DNA of 64,000 nt from Brassicibacter mesophilus. GTDB lineage: Bacteria; Bacillota; Clostridia; Tissierellales; Proteiniboraceae. A program made the position numbers and the translations under genes. The stretch's first letter is position 1; each line of letters opens with the position of its first letter. Positions 1 to 10,921 of the stretch are shown here, piece by piece. The notes under the pieces were generated by a model. It was not told the origin of the DNA and ran no database searches. It worked only from the letters and a program-made list of their open reading frames with translations. The stretch spans positions 159,939 to 223,938 of the forward strand of contig NZ_JBNPXI010000003.1 in NCBI RefSeq assembly GCF_050433385.1. Reading direction: 5' to 3'.

Positions 1-787
1 TGGAATATGTTTAGCATTATCTGGTGCTATATTACAAGGAGTAATGAGAAATCCCCTTGCTGCACCTAATATAATTGGAGTTTCTTCTGGAGCAGGCTTA
101 GTGGCCTATATCATCATGATACTCTTTCCAAGCTATTACTATCTTGTTCCGTTGGGAGCATTTGTTGGTGCATTATCATCAACTATTTTCATATATCTAT
201 TGGCTTGGAAAGATGGAATTAATCCTATGAGGCTAGTTCTCGCTGGTGTTGCAGTGTCTTCTTTGCTTGGAGCAGGGATTAATTCTCTTATGACGTTTTT
301 TCCAGACCGTATAGCAGGCGTAATTGGATTTATGGTTGGAGGCCTTTCAGCTAGAACATGGCCACATTTTAATATGTTATGGCCATATGCAGCTTTAGGA
401 ATAGCAATAACATTTTTATTGCCAAAAAAACTGAATATATTGATGCTTGGTGATGAGATTGCTACAGGGTTGGGTCTTAATGTTGAAAGAACGAGATTGC
501 TTTTTATAATACTAGCATCATTACTGGCTGCAAGTGCAGTAAGTGTTGTTGGTCTTTTAGGGTTTGTAGGACTTATTGTACCACATACCGCTAGACTTAT
601 TATAGGTTCAGATTATAGGTATCTTTTTCCTGCTACTGCAATACTTGGGGCAACAGTGGTTATGCTGTGTGATACAGTAGCTAGGCTGGTATTTGATCCA
701 GTTGAAATTCCGGTAGGGATAGTGATGTCTATATTAGGAGCACCGTTTTTCTTGTATTTGCTAAGAGAAAGGAAGGCTATGGAATAA
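1..787 (+). CDS. FecCD-family ABC permease (iron-siderophore/cobalamin type), 5'-truncated by window edge
   Basis: ORF 44..787 translates to multi-TM FecCD/BtuC-like C-terminal half (GxxGFxGL, hydrophobic helices); reading frame is open to position 1 so gene begins upstream of the window. Confidence 0.75.
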   Translation, partial: GICLALSGAILQGVMRNPLAAPNIIGVSSGAGLVAYIIMILFPSYYYLVPLGAFVGALSSTIFIYLLAWKDGINPMRLVLAGVAVSSLLGAGINSLMTFFPDRIAGVIGFMVGGLSARTWPHFNMLWPYAALGIAITFLLPKKLNILMLGDEIATGLGLNVERTRLLFIILASLLAASAVSVVGLLGFVGLIVPHTARLIIGSDYRYLFPATAILGATVVMLCDTVARLVFDPVEIPVGIVMSILGAPFFLYLLRERKAME

Positions 788-1572
788 TGGTTTTAAAAAC
801 AGAAGGATTATATTTGAGCTATGGGAAAAAAGAGATAGTGAAAAATGTTAACATTGGAGTTAATAAAGGTGAAATAGTGACGATAATAGGTCCAAATGGT
901 TGTGGAAAATCAACTGTTCTAAAAGCTATTTCAAGATATTTAAAGCCATCAAAGGGCAGGATATTACTGGATGAAGAGGATTTACGTAAAACAGATGCTA
1001 AGAAAGTGGCAAAAAAAGTAGCTGTTTTGCCACAGATAAGAAACGTTCCAGGTGATTTTACTGTTGAAGTATTAGTAAGTTATGGGAGATATCCACATTT
1101 AGGATTTGGAAACAGATTAAAGAAAGAAGATTATCAAATTATTGATTGGGCTATTAGCAAGACAAGAATGACTGAACTAAAACACAGAGCTGTTAATACT
1201 TTATCAGGCGGAGAAAGACAGAGAGCATGGATTGCTATGGCTTTAGCTCAGAAGCCTGAGCTATTAATACTAGATGAGCCAACAACATTTTTAGATATTT
1301 CATACCAATTAGAAATTCTTGAATTGATTAAAGAACTGAATAGCACTTTAGGGCTTACAATAATAATGGTTTTACACGACTTAAATCAAGCTATTCGTTA
1401 TTCTCACAAAATATATACTATTAAAGATGGTGAAATATATAAATATGGAAGCTCAAAAAGTATAATAAATAAAGATCTTTTAAACAAAGTATTTAGAATA
1501 GAAGCTGATGCTTATGAAGACTTAACTAATAAATGTCCATACTTTATTCCACAAAAGGTAACAACAGGTTAA
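787..1572 (+). CDS. ABC transporter ATP-binding protein (FecE/FhuC/BtuD-like import ATPase)
   Basis: Walker A GPNGCGKST, ABC signature LSGGERQR, Walker B LLILDEPT; start overlaps stop of upstream permease (ATGA). Confidence 0.85.
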   Translation: MVLKTEGLYLSYGKKEIVKNVNIGVNKGEIVTIIGPNGCGKSTVLKAISRYLKPSKGRILLDEEDLRKTDAKKVAKKVAVLPQIRNVPGDFTVEVLVSYGRYPHLGFGNRLKKEDYQIIDWAISKTRMTELKHRAVNTLSGGERQRAWIAMALAQKPELLILDEPTTFLDISYQLEILELIKELNSTLGLTIIMVLHDLNQAIRYSHKIYTIKDGEIYKYGSSKSIINKDLLNKVFRIEADAYEDLTNKCPYFIPQKVTTG

Positions 1573-1584
1573 GGAGAAAATCTT

Positions 1585-2424
1585 ATGATACAAATAATGG
1601 AAACAACTAAGAGATTCAATGATTTTACTGCAGTAGATAATGTAAGCTTGACAATACCAGAAGGAGATTTTTTTGCGTTACTAGGACCTAATGGTGCAGG
1701 TAAAACAACATTGATCAGAATGCTGATTGGTCTTTTAAAGCCATCTAAAGGAAAAATCATTATGAATGGGTTGGAGATGAGTCGTAACAATAATGAGTTA
1801 AAGAAACAGCTAGGTATTGTGCCACAATACACAAATCTAGATAAAGAGCTTACTGTAAAAGAAAATCTTATTTTTAGTGCCAAGTTAAATAAATTAAGCA
1901 AGACAGAAACAGAAAGAAGAGTTAATGAGCTGCTAGAATTTGTTGAGCTCAAGGATGTAGAGAAGAGAGAAACTAAAAAGCTTTCAGGGGGAATGCAAAG
2001 AAAGCTTATGATAGCAAAGGCATTGATTAATAATCCTAATATATTGTTTTTAGATGAACCTACAGTCGGAATAGATTTAAATGCTAGAAGAAAAATATGG
2101 GATATCTTAAAAACTATGAAGAATAAAGGTAAAACAATTTTATTAACTACTCATTATATAGAAGAAGCAGAGTATCTATGTGACAAAGTTAGCTTAATGG
2201 ATAAAGGTAAGATTTTCTATTATGATACACCTGAGAATTTAAGGAATAAGCTAGGTAAATTTACTGTGGAATATTTTGATGAACAACACAAAACTAAATA
2301 TATGCATTTTAGCACGATAGAGGCTGCAAAAGCATATGCATCAGAATTAATAACAGCACATACCTTAAGAAATACAACCTTAGAGGATGTTTTCTATAAC
2401 TTTACAAACAGGAAGGTAAAATAG
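1585..2424 (+). CDS. ABC-2 type transporter ATP-binding protein
   Basis: Walker A GPNGAGKTT, signature LSGGMQRK, Walker B ILFLDEPT; RBS GGAGAA upstream. Confidence 0.85.
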   Translation: MIQIMETTKRFNDFTAVDNVSLTIPEGDFFALLGPNGAGKTTLIRMLIGLLKPSKGKIIMNGLEMSRNNNELKKQLGIVPQYTNLDKELTVKENLIFSAKLNKLSKTETERRVNELLEFVELKDVEKRETKKLSGGMQRKLMIAKALINNPNILFLDEPTVGIDLNARRKIWDILKTMKNKGKTILLTTHYIEEAEYLCDKVSLMDKGKIFYYDTPENLRNKLGKFTVEYFDEQHKTKYMHFSTIEAAKAYASELITAHTLRNTTLEDVFYNFTNRKVK

Positions 2425-2425
2425 C

Positions 2426-3160
2426 ATGGAAGTTATGACAATTTTATGGAGAGAGATTATTTTTTTTAGAAGAAGGATTATAAAAATAACAGGTTCTGCT
2501 GTCATGAGTCCGCTTTTATATTTAATAGCATTTGGATGGGGATTGGGTGAAAATGTAGTAGTAGAAGGCTATAACTATATGTACTTTATCATACCTGGTA
2601 TTATTGCTTTATCTACCATGAATACAAGCTTCAATGCTGTATCTATCAGAATAAACATATCTAAGATTCATGAAAAAAGCTTTGAATACTATTTAACCTC
2701 TCCAGTAAATATTTATTTACTTACTTTAGGTCATATTCTTGCTGGGACTTTAAGAGGGATGTACGCAGGTTTAATAATATTAATTATTTCTTTCATATTT
2801 GGAGTATATATCAAAGTAAATTTACTATTCATTTTGGTATGTTTTCTTAACAGTCTTTTATTTTCTGCATTTGGATATTTTGCAGCTATGATTATTAATA
2901 GTCATTATGATATGAACAGGTTTACAACATATGTAATTACTCCTATGACGTTTTTATGTGGAACATTTTTTTCTTTAAACAAGGTTCCACAAGCAATAAA
3001 AATACTAATAAATCTATTGCCATTAACTCATTCAACACACGCACTCAGAGCTATAGCACTTAATGGAGAGATGCAGATATATTCAGTAGTTATTCTTGTA
3101 GCATATTTTATTGTCTTTTATTTTCTAGGGGTAATGGCAGGCTTCAGAGAAATGGAATAG
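2426..3160 (+). CDS. ABC-2 type transporter permease
   Basis: 244-aa polytopic membrane protein immediately after ABC-2 ATPase, 6 predicted hydrophobic helices. Confidence 0.7.
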   Translation: MEVMTILWREIIFFRRRIIKITGSAVMSPLLYLIAFGWGLGENVVVEGYNYMYFIIPGIIALSTMNTSFNAVSIRINISKIHEKSFEYYLTSPVNIYLLTLGHILAGTLRGMYAGLIILIISFIFGVYIKVNLLFILVCFLNSLLFSAFGYFAAMIINSHYDMNRFTTYVITPMTFLCGTFFSLNKVPQAIKILINLLPLTHSTHALRAIALNGEMQIYSVVILVAYFIVFYFLGVMAGFREME

Positions 3161-3221
3161 CGTGATTTTTTAAAAGCGTGCTATGAATTTAAGAAAAATA
3201 ATAAAAGAGAGGGGAATGTAA

Positions 3222-3953
3222 ATGAAAAGAAACAAACTGTCATTATTTATTATCGTCTGCTTAATACTAGTTTCACCAAGTTTTGCATCTGCAATGCATA
3301 TTATGGAAGGATTTTTACCTCCTATATGGGCTGTTATTTGGACATTAGCTGCACTTCCATTTGTAATTAAAGGATTTTCAAATGTTAATAAAATTGTAAA
3401 AACACAACCAAATAAAAAGCTGCTTTTAGCATTAGTAGGTGCATTTGTTTTTGTATTATCTGCACTTAAAATTCCTTCAGTTACAGGAAGCTGTTCACAT
3501 CCAACAGGTGTGGGACTAGGGGCAGTATTATTTGGTCCAACGGTTATGAGCGCTTTAGGACTAATAGTATTATTATTTCAAGCACTTCTATTAGCACATG
3601 GTGGTATAACTACATTAGGTGCTAATGCATTTTCTATGGCAGTCGTAGGACCATTAGTTTCATTCGGCATTTTCAAGTTATTAAGAAAAAATGGCGCAAA
3701 TGCAAAATTAGCAGTATTTTTAGCTGCTGCATTAGGGGATTTGGCCACATATGCTGTTACAGCTACTCAGATTGCAATGGCACATCCTGACCCAGCAAGT
3801 GGATTTGCAGCGTCATTAGCAAAATTCATGTCCATATTTGCTATTACACAAATACCACTAGCAATTGCAGAAGGGTTGCTTTCAGTTATTGTTTATAATC
3901 TTATAATAGAATATAAGTCAGAGGAGGGTGATTTGATTGAAAACTTTAACTAA
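3222..3953 (+). CDS. cbiM: cobalt ECF transporter substrate-capture component CbiM
   Basis: Signal peptide followed by the CbiM hallmark N-terminus MHIMEGFLP after cleavage; 243 aa multi-TM. Confidence 0.85.
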   Translation: MKRNKLSLFIIVCLILVSPSFASAMHIMEGFLPPIWAVIWTLAALPFVIKGFSNVNKIVKTQPNKKLLLALVGAFVFVLSALKIPSVTGSCSHPTGVGLGAVLFGPTVMSALGLIVLLFQALLLAHGGITTLGANAFSMAVVGPLVSFGIFKLLRKNGANAKLAVFLAAALGDLATYAVTATQIAMAHPDPASGFAASLAKFMSIFAITQIPLAIAEGLLSVIVYNLIIEYKSEEGDLIENFN

Positions 3954-4227
3954 AAATATAGTATTATTAATTTTAGTAGGACTTATAGTGATAATTCCAT
4001 TAATAATAAAAAGTGATGCAGAATTTGGTGGAGCAGATGGAATGGCTGAAGAAGCAATAACAGAGATAAATCCATCTTACGAGCCTTGGTTTGAACCTCT
4101 ATGGGAGCCACCAAGTGGAGAAATAGAAAGCTTATTATTCAGCTTACAGGCTGCATTAGGTGCAGGTGTTGTTTTTTATAGTATTGGATACATGAAAGGA
4201 AAGAAAAATAGTGCTTATAATAGATAA
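3937..4227 (+). CDS. cbiN: cobalt transport protein CbiN
   Basis: 96-aa two-TM protein directly after cbiM, TTG start 8 nt after GAGGAGGG; typical cbiMNQO order. Confidence 0.7.
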   Translation: MKTLTKNIVLLILVGLIVIIPLIIKSDAEFGGADGMAEEAITEINPSYEPWFEPLWEPPSGEIESLLFSLQAALGAGVVFYSIGYMKGKKNSAYNR

Positions 4228-4891
4228 GTATGCATATACAAATAAACTAAAAGATTTTAATCCTATGGCAAAGTTTTATTTTGCCATAGGATTATTGCTT
4301 AGTTCATTATTTATTGAGAATATAATTATTCATATCTTTATTTTTTCTACAATGCTTCTAGTTACTGTTTTTGTAGCAAAAATCCCTTTAAAAAACTATA
4401 TTAGAATTTTATTAATCCCTACATCATTTTTATTATTAAGTATAATAGCAATACTTATCTCTGTTACTAAAGATGATATCCAATATATATATGGATTTAA
4501 AATATCTAATATTAATTTTGTTATAACTCAACAGTCTATTAATGCAGCTATTGTTTTATTGTCTAGGGCGTTAGCATCAATAAGCTGTACTTTTTTTTTA
4601 GTGCTTACAACGCCTATAAATGATTTGACACATGTTTTCTATAAGCTTAAGATTCCAAAGGTTTTTATAGAGATGACTGTTCTTATATATAGATTTATAT
4701 TTATATTTTTAGAGGAATCTAGAGAAATATATATAGCACAAAAAATGAGGTTTGGGTATGCTGGATTAAGAAATTCATACAACTCATTATCATGCTTAAT
4801 TGCAGTTCTTTTTATAAGAGTATTTAAAAGATATAAAGACATGGAAATAGCACTCCAATGTAGAGGTTTTGATGAAGAATTTCATATGTAA
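4211..4891 (+). CDS. cbiQ: cobalt ECF transporter T component CbiQ
   Basis: 226-aa polytopic membrane protein between cbiN and cbiO; GTG start. Confidence 0.7.
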   Translation: MLIIDKYAYTNKLKDFNPMAKFYFAIGLLLSSLFIENIIIHIFIFSTMLLVTVFVAKIPLKNYIRILLIPTSFLLLSIIAILISVTKDDIQYIYGFKISNINFVITQQSINAAIVLLSRALASISCTFFLVLTTPINDLTHVFYKLKIPKVFIEMTVLIYRFIFIFLEESREIYIAQKMRFGYAGLRNSYNSLSCLIAVLFIRVFKRYKDMEIALQCRGFDEEFHM

Positions 4892-4901
4892 AGGAGATAC
4901 C

Positions 4902-5732
4902 ATGATAAAAACAGAAAATCTTACGTATAGATATGAGGATAATACTTTAGCATTAAACAATGTAAATATAGATATAAATGTTGGCAATGTAATAGGTATA
5001 TTGGGAGCTAATGGTTCAGGCAAAAGTACTTTGTTTCTAAATTTAGTAGGAATATTAAAGCCAACTAAAGGAAAGGTATATTTTGATAATAAAGAAATGA
5101 AGTATGATAAAAAATCACTTCTTAAGCTTAGAAAGTCATTAGGAATAGTATTCCAAGATCCTGATAAGCAAATATTCTACTCAAAAGTTTACGATGATAT
5201 AGCTTTTGGACCAAGAAATATGGGGATAGATAAAGATGGAGTTGCTACAAGAGTTAGTAATGCATTAATTAGTGTTGGAGCTGAAGGCTTTAAAGATAAG
5301 CCTGTTCATTTTTTAAGTTATGGTCAGAAAAAGAGAGTATCAATAGCAGGAATACTAGCAATGGATAATGACGTTATTTTGTTTGATGAACCAACGGCTG
5401 GACTAGATCCAAATATGACGGAATCTGTAATCAACATTTTAAAAGATATATCTGATAAAGGCAAAAAGGTTATTATATCAAGTCATAATATGGATTTGAT
5501 ATATAGTCTTTGCGATTATGCTTATATACTTGATAATGGAAATATCATAGCAGAAGATAAAATAGAAAATATTTTTCTAAAAGAGGACATATTGCAACAA
5601 GCTAAACTTAAAGAGCCATGGCTTGTTAAGCTTCATAAAAATATGGGCATACCTCTTTTTAGGATAGAGCAGGATTTATATGAGTATTGGAGGAATAACG
5701 TTGAAAATAGCAGTGATAGGTGTAAACCATAA
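4902..5732 (+). CDS. cbiO: cobalt ECF transporter ATPase CbiO
   Basis: Walker A GANGSGKST, signature LSYGQKKR, Walker B ILFDEPTAGLD; likely start ATG 4902 after AAGGAGA (ORF track starts 4869). Confidence 0.85.
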   Translation: MIKTENLTYRYEDNTLALNNVNIDINVGNVIGILGANGSGKSTLFLNLVGILKPTKGKVYFDNKEMKYDKKSLLKLRKSLGIVFQDPDKQIFYSKVYDDIAFGPRNMGIDKDGVATRVSNALISVGAEGFKDKPVHFLSYGQKKRVSIAGILAMDNDVILFDEPTAGLDPNMTESVINILKDISDKGKKVIISSHNMDLIYSLCDYAYILDNGNIIAEDKIENIFLKEDILQQAKLKEPWLVKLHKNMGIPLFRIEQDLYEYWRNNVENSSDRCKP

Positions 5733-6951
5733 TACAGCACCAGCTTCGATTAGAGAAAAGGTGTCATTTGTAGATTCAAAAAAAATTGAAATAATAAATT
5801 ATTTATTAGATTATGAGATAAAAGAGGTTGTTATAGTTTCTACATGTAATAGAAGTGAGATATATATAGTAGATACTAAGAAAGATATAGATAATAAGAT
5901 TGAAATTGTTAAGAAACTGTATTCTAGCTTTGCTCAAATTCAATTAGCTGATGATTTTCTTTTTGTTAAAAAAGGATATGAAGCAGTATATCATTTATTT
6001 GCGGTTACTACAGGATTAAAGTCGATAGTTTTAGGAGAAGACCAGATTCTAGGACAAGTAAAGGATGCACATTTATTTTCAATGAATCTAGGAGCCAGTA
6101 AAAAAATACTAAATAAATTATTTAGGGAGGCTGTAACTACTGCTAAAAATATAAAGAACAACTTGAAAATATCAGAATATCCTCTTTCAATTAGCTATAT
6201 AGGAGTCAAATTTTTAAAAGAAAAAATAGGTAGCTTAAAGGGAAAAAAAGCTCTAATAATAGGTATTGGAGAAATGGGAAAGCTTTCTCTCAAGTATCTT
6301 ATGGAAGAGGAGTTAGAAAAAATATATTTAACAAATAGAACTTGTAAAAAAATTTTGGAAATATTAGATTATTATCCAAGTATTACACCTGTAGAATATG
6401 ATGATAGGTATTCAATTCTAAAGGAAGTTGATATTTTGATTAGTGCTACTTCATCATCCCATACAATAATAAAAAAAGAAAACATGCTTGATTCAGATAG
6501 AGAACTTTATATAATGGATATGGCAATGCCAAGAGATGTAGATGAAAAAGTAGTAGAGATTAGTAATATAAGACTATATAATATTGATGATTTAAATAAA
6601 GTTTCAAATGATAATGAAAAAAGGCGAAGAGAGCTTTGTAATAAGGCTGAAGCAATAATAAAAAAAGATATAGATGAATTTGTTTCATGGGTCAACATGT
6701 CTAAGGTGGACCCTGTTATAAAAACATTAAATGAACAGTGTAATAAAATAGAAAATGATACCTTAGAGTATTTATATAGAAAGCTTGACCTGAATTCTAG
6801 AGATAAGAAGATAGTTCAGAAAATGGTTAATTCTGCTTTAAAACGAATCTTACGAAAACCAATTATTAATCTAAAGAAGATAGAAGACCAGATTATGTTA
6901 GAAGAGTATATTGAAGTAATAGAAGATTTATTTGACTTTGGGATGGAGTGA
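5680..6951 (+). CDS. hemA: glutamyl-tRNA reductase
   Basis: N-terminus IAVIGVNHNTAP, CNRSEIY active-site Cys motif, NAD-binding GIGEMG; probable true start TTG 5701 after GGAGGA. Confidence 0.85.
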   Translation: MSIGGITLKIAVIGVNHNTAPASIREKVSFVDSKKIEIINYLLDYEIKEVVIVSTCNRSEIYIVDTKKDIDNKIEIVKKLYSSFAQIQLADDFLFVKKGYEAVYHLFAVTTGLKSIVLGEDQILGQVKDAHLFSMNLGASKKILNKLFREAVTTAKNIKNNLKISEYPLSISYIGVKFLKEKIGSLKGKKALIIGIGEMGKLSLKYLMEEELEKIYLTNRTCKKILEILDYYPSITPVEYDDRYSILKEVDILISATSSSHTIIKKENMLDSDRELYIMDMAMPRDVDEKVVEISNIRLYNIDDLNKVSNDNEKRRRELCNKAEAIIKKDIDEFVSWVNMSKVDPVIKTLNEQCNKIENDTLEYLYRKLDLNSRDKKIVQKMVNSALKRILRKPIINLKKIEDQIMLEEYIEVIEDLFDFGME

Positions 6952-7558
6952 TGACTTGTTTTATCCTGTGATGATTAACTTAGAAAATAAGAATATTACA
7001 GTTATAGGCGGAGGAAATGTTGCTTTAAGAAAGATTACTAAACTTTTGGAATACAATTTAAAAGTTAAAGTAGTAAGTCCATTTTTTGTTGATGGCTTTG
7101 ATTTATTAAAAGAAAAGTTAGAGATAATAACTGATGAATTTAAAGAGGAATATATAAAAGATTCCTTTTTAGTAATAGCAGCTACTTCTTCTAAAACAGT
7201 AAATAATGGCATATTAGTTTATTGTAATAAAAATAATATACTATGCAATATAGTTGATAATTATAAAATGTCCGATTTTATAATACCTTCAAGCATAAAA
7301 AGGGGTAGTCTTGTAATTTCTGTATCTACAGAAGGCAAAAGTCCTTCATTGTCTTCAAATATAATTAGGCAATTAGAAAACAAGTATACAGAGAAATATG
7401 ACTGCCATGTGGAATTATTAGGTCAGATAAGAGAGTTAGTATTAAGAAAATGTGAGGATAAAAATCGGAGAAAAACAATTCTTAATGAAATAATTAGTTT
7501 AAATATAGAAGAGCTTGAAAAAAGGAGAATGTATTATGAAAATTGTAGTAGGATCTAG
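6932..7558 (+). CDS. sirC: precorrin-2 dehydrogenase / sirohydrochlorin ferrochelatase (CysG N-terminal domain-like)
   Basis: NITVIGGGNVALRK Rossmann motif typical of siroheme synthase N-domain; position between hemA and hemC as in clostridial hem operons; likely start ATG 6971. Confidence 0.7.
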   Translation: MTLGWSDDLFYPVMINLENKNITVIGGGNVALRKITKLLEYNLKVKVVSPFFVDGFDLLKEKLEIITDEFKEEYIKDSFLVIAATSSKTVNNGILVYCNKNNILCNIVDNYKMSDFIIPSSIKRGSLVISVSTEGKSPSLSSNIIRQLENKYTEKYDCHVELLGQIRELVLRKCEDKNRRKTILNEIISLNIEELEKRRMYYENCSRI

Positions 7559-8441
7559 AGGGAGTAAGTTAGCGATAACACAAACTGAATGGGTTATAGG
7601 CGAACTTAAAAAGGTAGCTCCAGTAGCTGATTTTGAAATTAAGATAATAAAGACAAAAGGTGATAAAATACAAAATGTAGCTTTAGATAAAATAGGCGAT
7701 AAAGGACTTTTTGTAAAAGAGATAGAGTCGGAGCTTTTAGGAGGAACTATTGACATAGCAGTCCATAGCATGAAAGATATGCCATCTGTTATGCCAAAGG
7801 GACTTAAGCTTTGCAACACACCAAAAAGAGAAGATTTTAGAGATGTACTCATATTAAGAGAAGGATTAAAAAGCTTAGATGATGTACCTAATGGAGGTAA
7901 AATAGGGACAGGAAGTAAAAGAAGACAGTATCAAATATTAAGATATAGGCCAGATATTGAAATAGTTCCTATAAGAGGAAATATTGATACTAGAATAAGA
8001 AAAATTGACGATGAACATCTTGATGGTATAATATTGGCTGCAGCCGGAGTTAAAAGAATGGGATTAACCGAAAAGATAAGCTGTTATCTGTCAGAAAATA
8101 TTATGCTTCCATCGCCTGCACAAGGTGCCTTAGCAATACAAATTAAAGAATGTAGAAAAGACTTAGAGGATATAATAGACAAAATAGCTGATAGAAATGC
8201 ACAAATACAGGTTACAGCTGAAAGAACGTTTTTAGAGGCTGTTAACGGAGGATGTCACATACCAATAGGGGCACTATGTACTATAGAAGGTGATAGGATA
8301 AAGCTTGATGGGTTATTAGGAACAACTGATGGAGGTATAATTATTAGAAAAACTATGGATGGCATAATTGGGGAGGAAGAAAAAATAGCTAAAGATCTGG
8401 CTTATTTGATTATGAAGGAGATTGGTAGTAATGAACGGTAA
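7536..8441 (+). CDS. hemC: hydroxymethylbilane synthase (porphobilinogen deaminase)
   Basis: MKIVVGSRGSKLAITQT N-terminus, conserved dipyrromethane cofactor Cys region (GGCHIPIGA). Confidence 0.9.
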   Translation: MKIVVGSRGSKLAITQTEWVIGELKKVAPVADFEIKIIKTKGDKIQNVALDKIGDKGLFVKEIESELLGGTIDIAVHSMKDMPSVMPKGLKLCNTPKREDFRDVLILREGLKSLDDVPNGGKIGTGSKRRQYQILRYRPDIEIVPIRGNIDTRIRKIDDEHLDGIILAAAGVKRMGLTEKISCYLSENIMLPSPAQGALAIQIKECRKDLEDIIDKIADRNAQIQVTAERTFLEAVNGGCHIPIGALCTIEGDRIKLDGLLGTTDGGIIIRKTMDGIIGEEEKIAKDLAYLIMKEIGSNER

Positions 8442-9960
8442 GGTTTATTTAGTAGGTGCAGGCCCAGGAGATTATAAGCTATTGACTATAAAAGGTCTTG
8501 AAGCAATAAAAGCTTCTGACGTGATAATATATGATAGATTAATAAATAATAAGTTATTAAAATATGCAAAAGATAACTGCGAATTAATATATGTTGGTAA
8601 AGAGTCAAGTAATCATACATTAAGTCAAGAAAACATAAATAAGCTTATAGCAGATAAAGCTGTAGAAGGAAAAGTAGTTGCTAGATTAAAAGGTGGAGAT
8701 CCTTATGTCTTTGGAAGAGGTGGAGAGGAAGGTGAGTATCTTTATAATAATGGAGTAGACTTTGAAGTAGTGCCAGGAATTACTTCTGCTATTGGTGGAT
8801 TATGTTATGCAGGAATACCTATTACACATAGGGGAATTTCAACTTCATTTCATGTAATAACTGGACATCTTATGGAAGACAGTGAGGAGCTGGATTGGAA
8901 GGCTATAGCTTCTTTAAAAGGAACCTTGGTTTTTCTGATGGGTATGAGTAATCTACAGAAAATCGTGCATAATCTTTTATGCAATGGGATGAGTTCTAGT
9001 ACACCTGTAGCTATTATAAATTATGCTACTTTACCAAAGCAAAAGGTGTTGACTGCAACATTGGAAGATGTATATCAGAGAGTAATTAGTGAAAATATTA
9101 AGTCTCCTAGTCTTATAGTGGTAGGTGAAGTAGTAGGACTTAGAGAGACCCTTAATTTTTTTGAAGAGAAAACTTTATTTGGGAAAAATATTGTTGTCAC
9201 AAGATCAAGAACACAAAATAGTTCTTTAGTAGATGAAATAAACAATTTAGGTGGAAATGCAATAGAAATTCCTACTATAAAGATAAATAAAATTGCTTCT
9301 AACAAAAGATTAAAAGATGCTATTGATAACATTGAAAAGTATAATTATATATTGCTAACAAGTGTAAATGGAGTAGATATATTCTTAAATACTCTTTTTG
9401 ATATGGGGTATGATAGCAGAAGACTTGCACATTGTAAGATAGTATCTATTGGACCTGCTACATCTGAAGAGTTGAAAAAATGGGGAATAAGAGCAGATTT
9501 TACTCCTGAGAAATATGTAGCTGAATACATTTATGATATGTTGAAGGATGAAATAAAGTCAACTGATAATATACTAGTTCCTCGTGCTAAAGAGGCTAGA
9601 AAGTATCTTGTAGATTCTCTAAAAGAAATTTGTAGTGTTGATGAAATACAGATTTATTGCACAGATATTGAAAATACTGATATTGAGCTAGAGAATTTGA
9701 TAGACTCTGATGAAGTTGACTACATTACATTTACAAGCTCATCTACAGTAAAAAATTTGCTTGCTATATTGGGTAGTAAAAATATTGAAAAGTTAAAAAA
9801 GGTAAAGCTTATTTCAATTGGTCCAGTTACTTCTAAAACCATAAAGTCTTATGGATTAGAGGTGTATAAAGAGGCTGAAGTTTATACAATAAATGGGATA
9901 TTAGATTGTATTATAGATGACATAAGGAGTGGTGCAAATGCAAATGATAAAAAGGCCTAG
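8431..9960 (+). CDS. cobA/hemD: uroporphyrinogen-III C-methyltransferase / uroporphyrinogen-III synthase fusion
   Basis: N-terminal VYLVGAGPGD...IIYDRL SAM-MTase (CobA) domain; C-terminal ~250 aa HemD-like; 512 aa. Confidence 0.85.
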   Translation: MNGKVYLVGAGPGDYKLLTIKGLEAIKASDVIIYDRLINNKLLKYAKDNCELIYVGKESSNHTLSQENINKLIADKAVEGKVVARLKGGDPYVFGRGGEEGEYLYNNGVDFEVVPGITSAIGGLCYAGIPITHRGISTSFHVITGHLMEDSEELDWKAIASLKGTLVFLMGMSNLQKIVHNLLCNGMSSSTPVAIINYATLPKQKVLTATLEDVYQRVISENIKSPSLIVVGEVVGLRETLNFFEEKTLFGKNIVVTRSRTQNSSLVDEINNLGGNAIEIPTIKINKIASNKRLKDAIDNIEKYNYILLTSVNGVDIFLNTLFDMGYDSRRLAHCKIVSIGPATSEELKKWGIRADFTPEKYVAEYIYDMLKDEIKSTDNILVPRAKEARKYLVDSLKEICSVDEIQIYCTDIENTDIELENLIDSDEVDYITFTSSSTVKNLLAILGSKNIEKLKKVKLISIGPVTSKTIKSYGLEVYKEAEVYTINGILDCIIDDIRSGANANDKKA

Positions 9961-10921
9961 AAGATTAAGAACAAATGAAGCAATAAGAGCTTTAGTAAGA
10001 GAGACAAAGCTGAGTATAGATGATTTGGTATACCCCTTATTTGTAGTAGAAGGTGAAGGAATAAAAGAAGAGATAAAATCTTTACCAGATAATTACCATT
10101 TCTCTATAGATAAATTGATTGAAGAGATTAATGAGGCAAAAGAATTAGGAATTAAAAGTTTCTTAATATTTGGTGTTCCTCAAAAAAAGGACAAGCTTGG
10201 CTGTGAAGCATATACAACTGATGGAATTGTCCAAAAAGCAGTAAGAGAGATAAAAAAGTATTGTCCAGATGTATTAGTAATAACAGATATATGCATGTGT
10301 CAATATACTGACCATGGTCACTGTGGTATTCTTACAGAAAAAGGAATTGTCGATAATGATGAAACATTAAAGTATCTTGCTGACATAGCTATAAGTCATG
10401 TTGAAGCAGGAGCAGACATGGTTGCACCATCAGATATGATGGATGGAAGAGTTGGATATATTAGAAAAAGATTAGACGAGAAAGGATATAGTAATGTTTC
10501 TATAATGGCATATAGCGCAAAATATGCATCTGCATTTTATGGACCCTTTAGAGAAGCTGCTCATTCAGCACCTTCGTTTGGAGATAGAAAGACTTATCAG
10601 ATGGACCCTGCTAACAGTAAAGAAGCCTTAATAGAAGTTGGTTTAGATATAGAAGAGGGTGCAGATATAGTTATGGTAAAGCCGGCACTTTCTTATCTTG
10701 ATGTTATTAAAAGTGTAAAAGATAATTTTAATGCACCTGTTGCAGCATATAATGTAAGTGGAGAATATGCTATGTTGAAGCTTGCTGTAGGCAATGGATT
10801 GCTTTCTGAAGATGCTATTATGGAAGCAATATTGTCTATTAAAAGAGCAGGGGCTGATATAATAATAACTTACTTTGCAAAGCATATAGCTAGAAAATTG
10901 AATGAGAAGGAGAAATTTTAA
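9936..10921 (+). CDS. hemB: porphobilinogen synthase (delta-aminolevulinic acid dehydratase)
   Basis: RPRRLRTNEAIRALVRET..LIYPLFV N-terminus, active-site Lys regions; ATG 9936 follows AAGGAGTG. Confidence 0.9.

Noticed and set aside
1569-1952. 127-aa minus-strand ORF
   Set aside because: Antisense to well-supported ABC ATPase gene; no RBS
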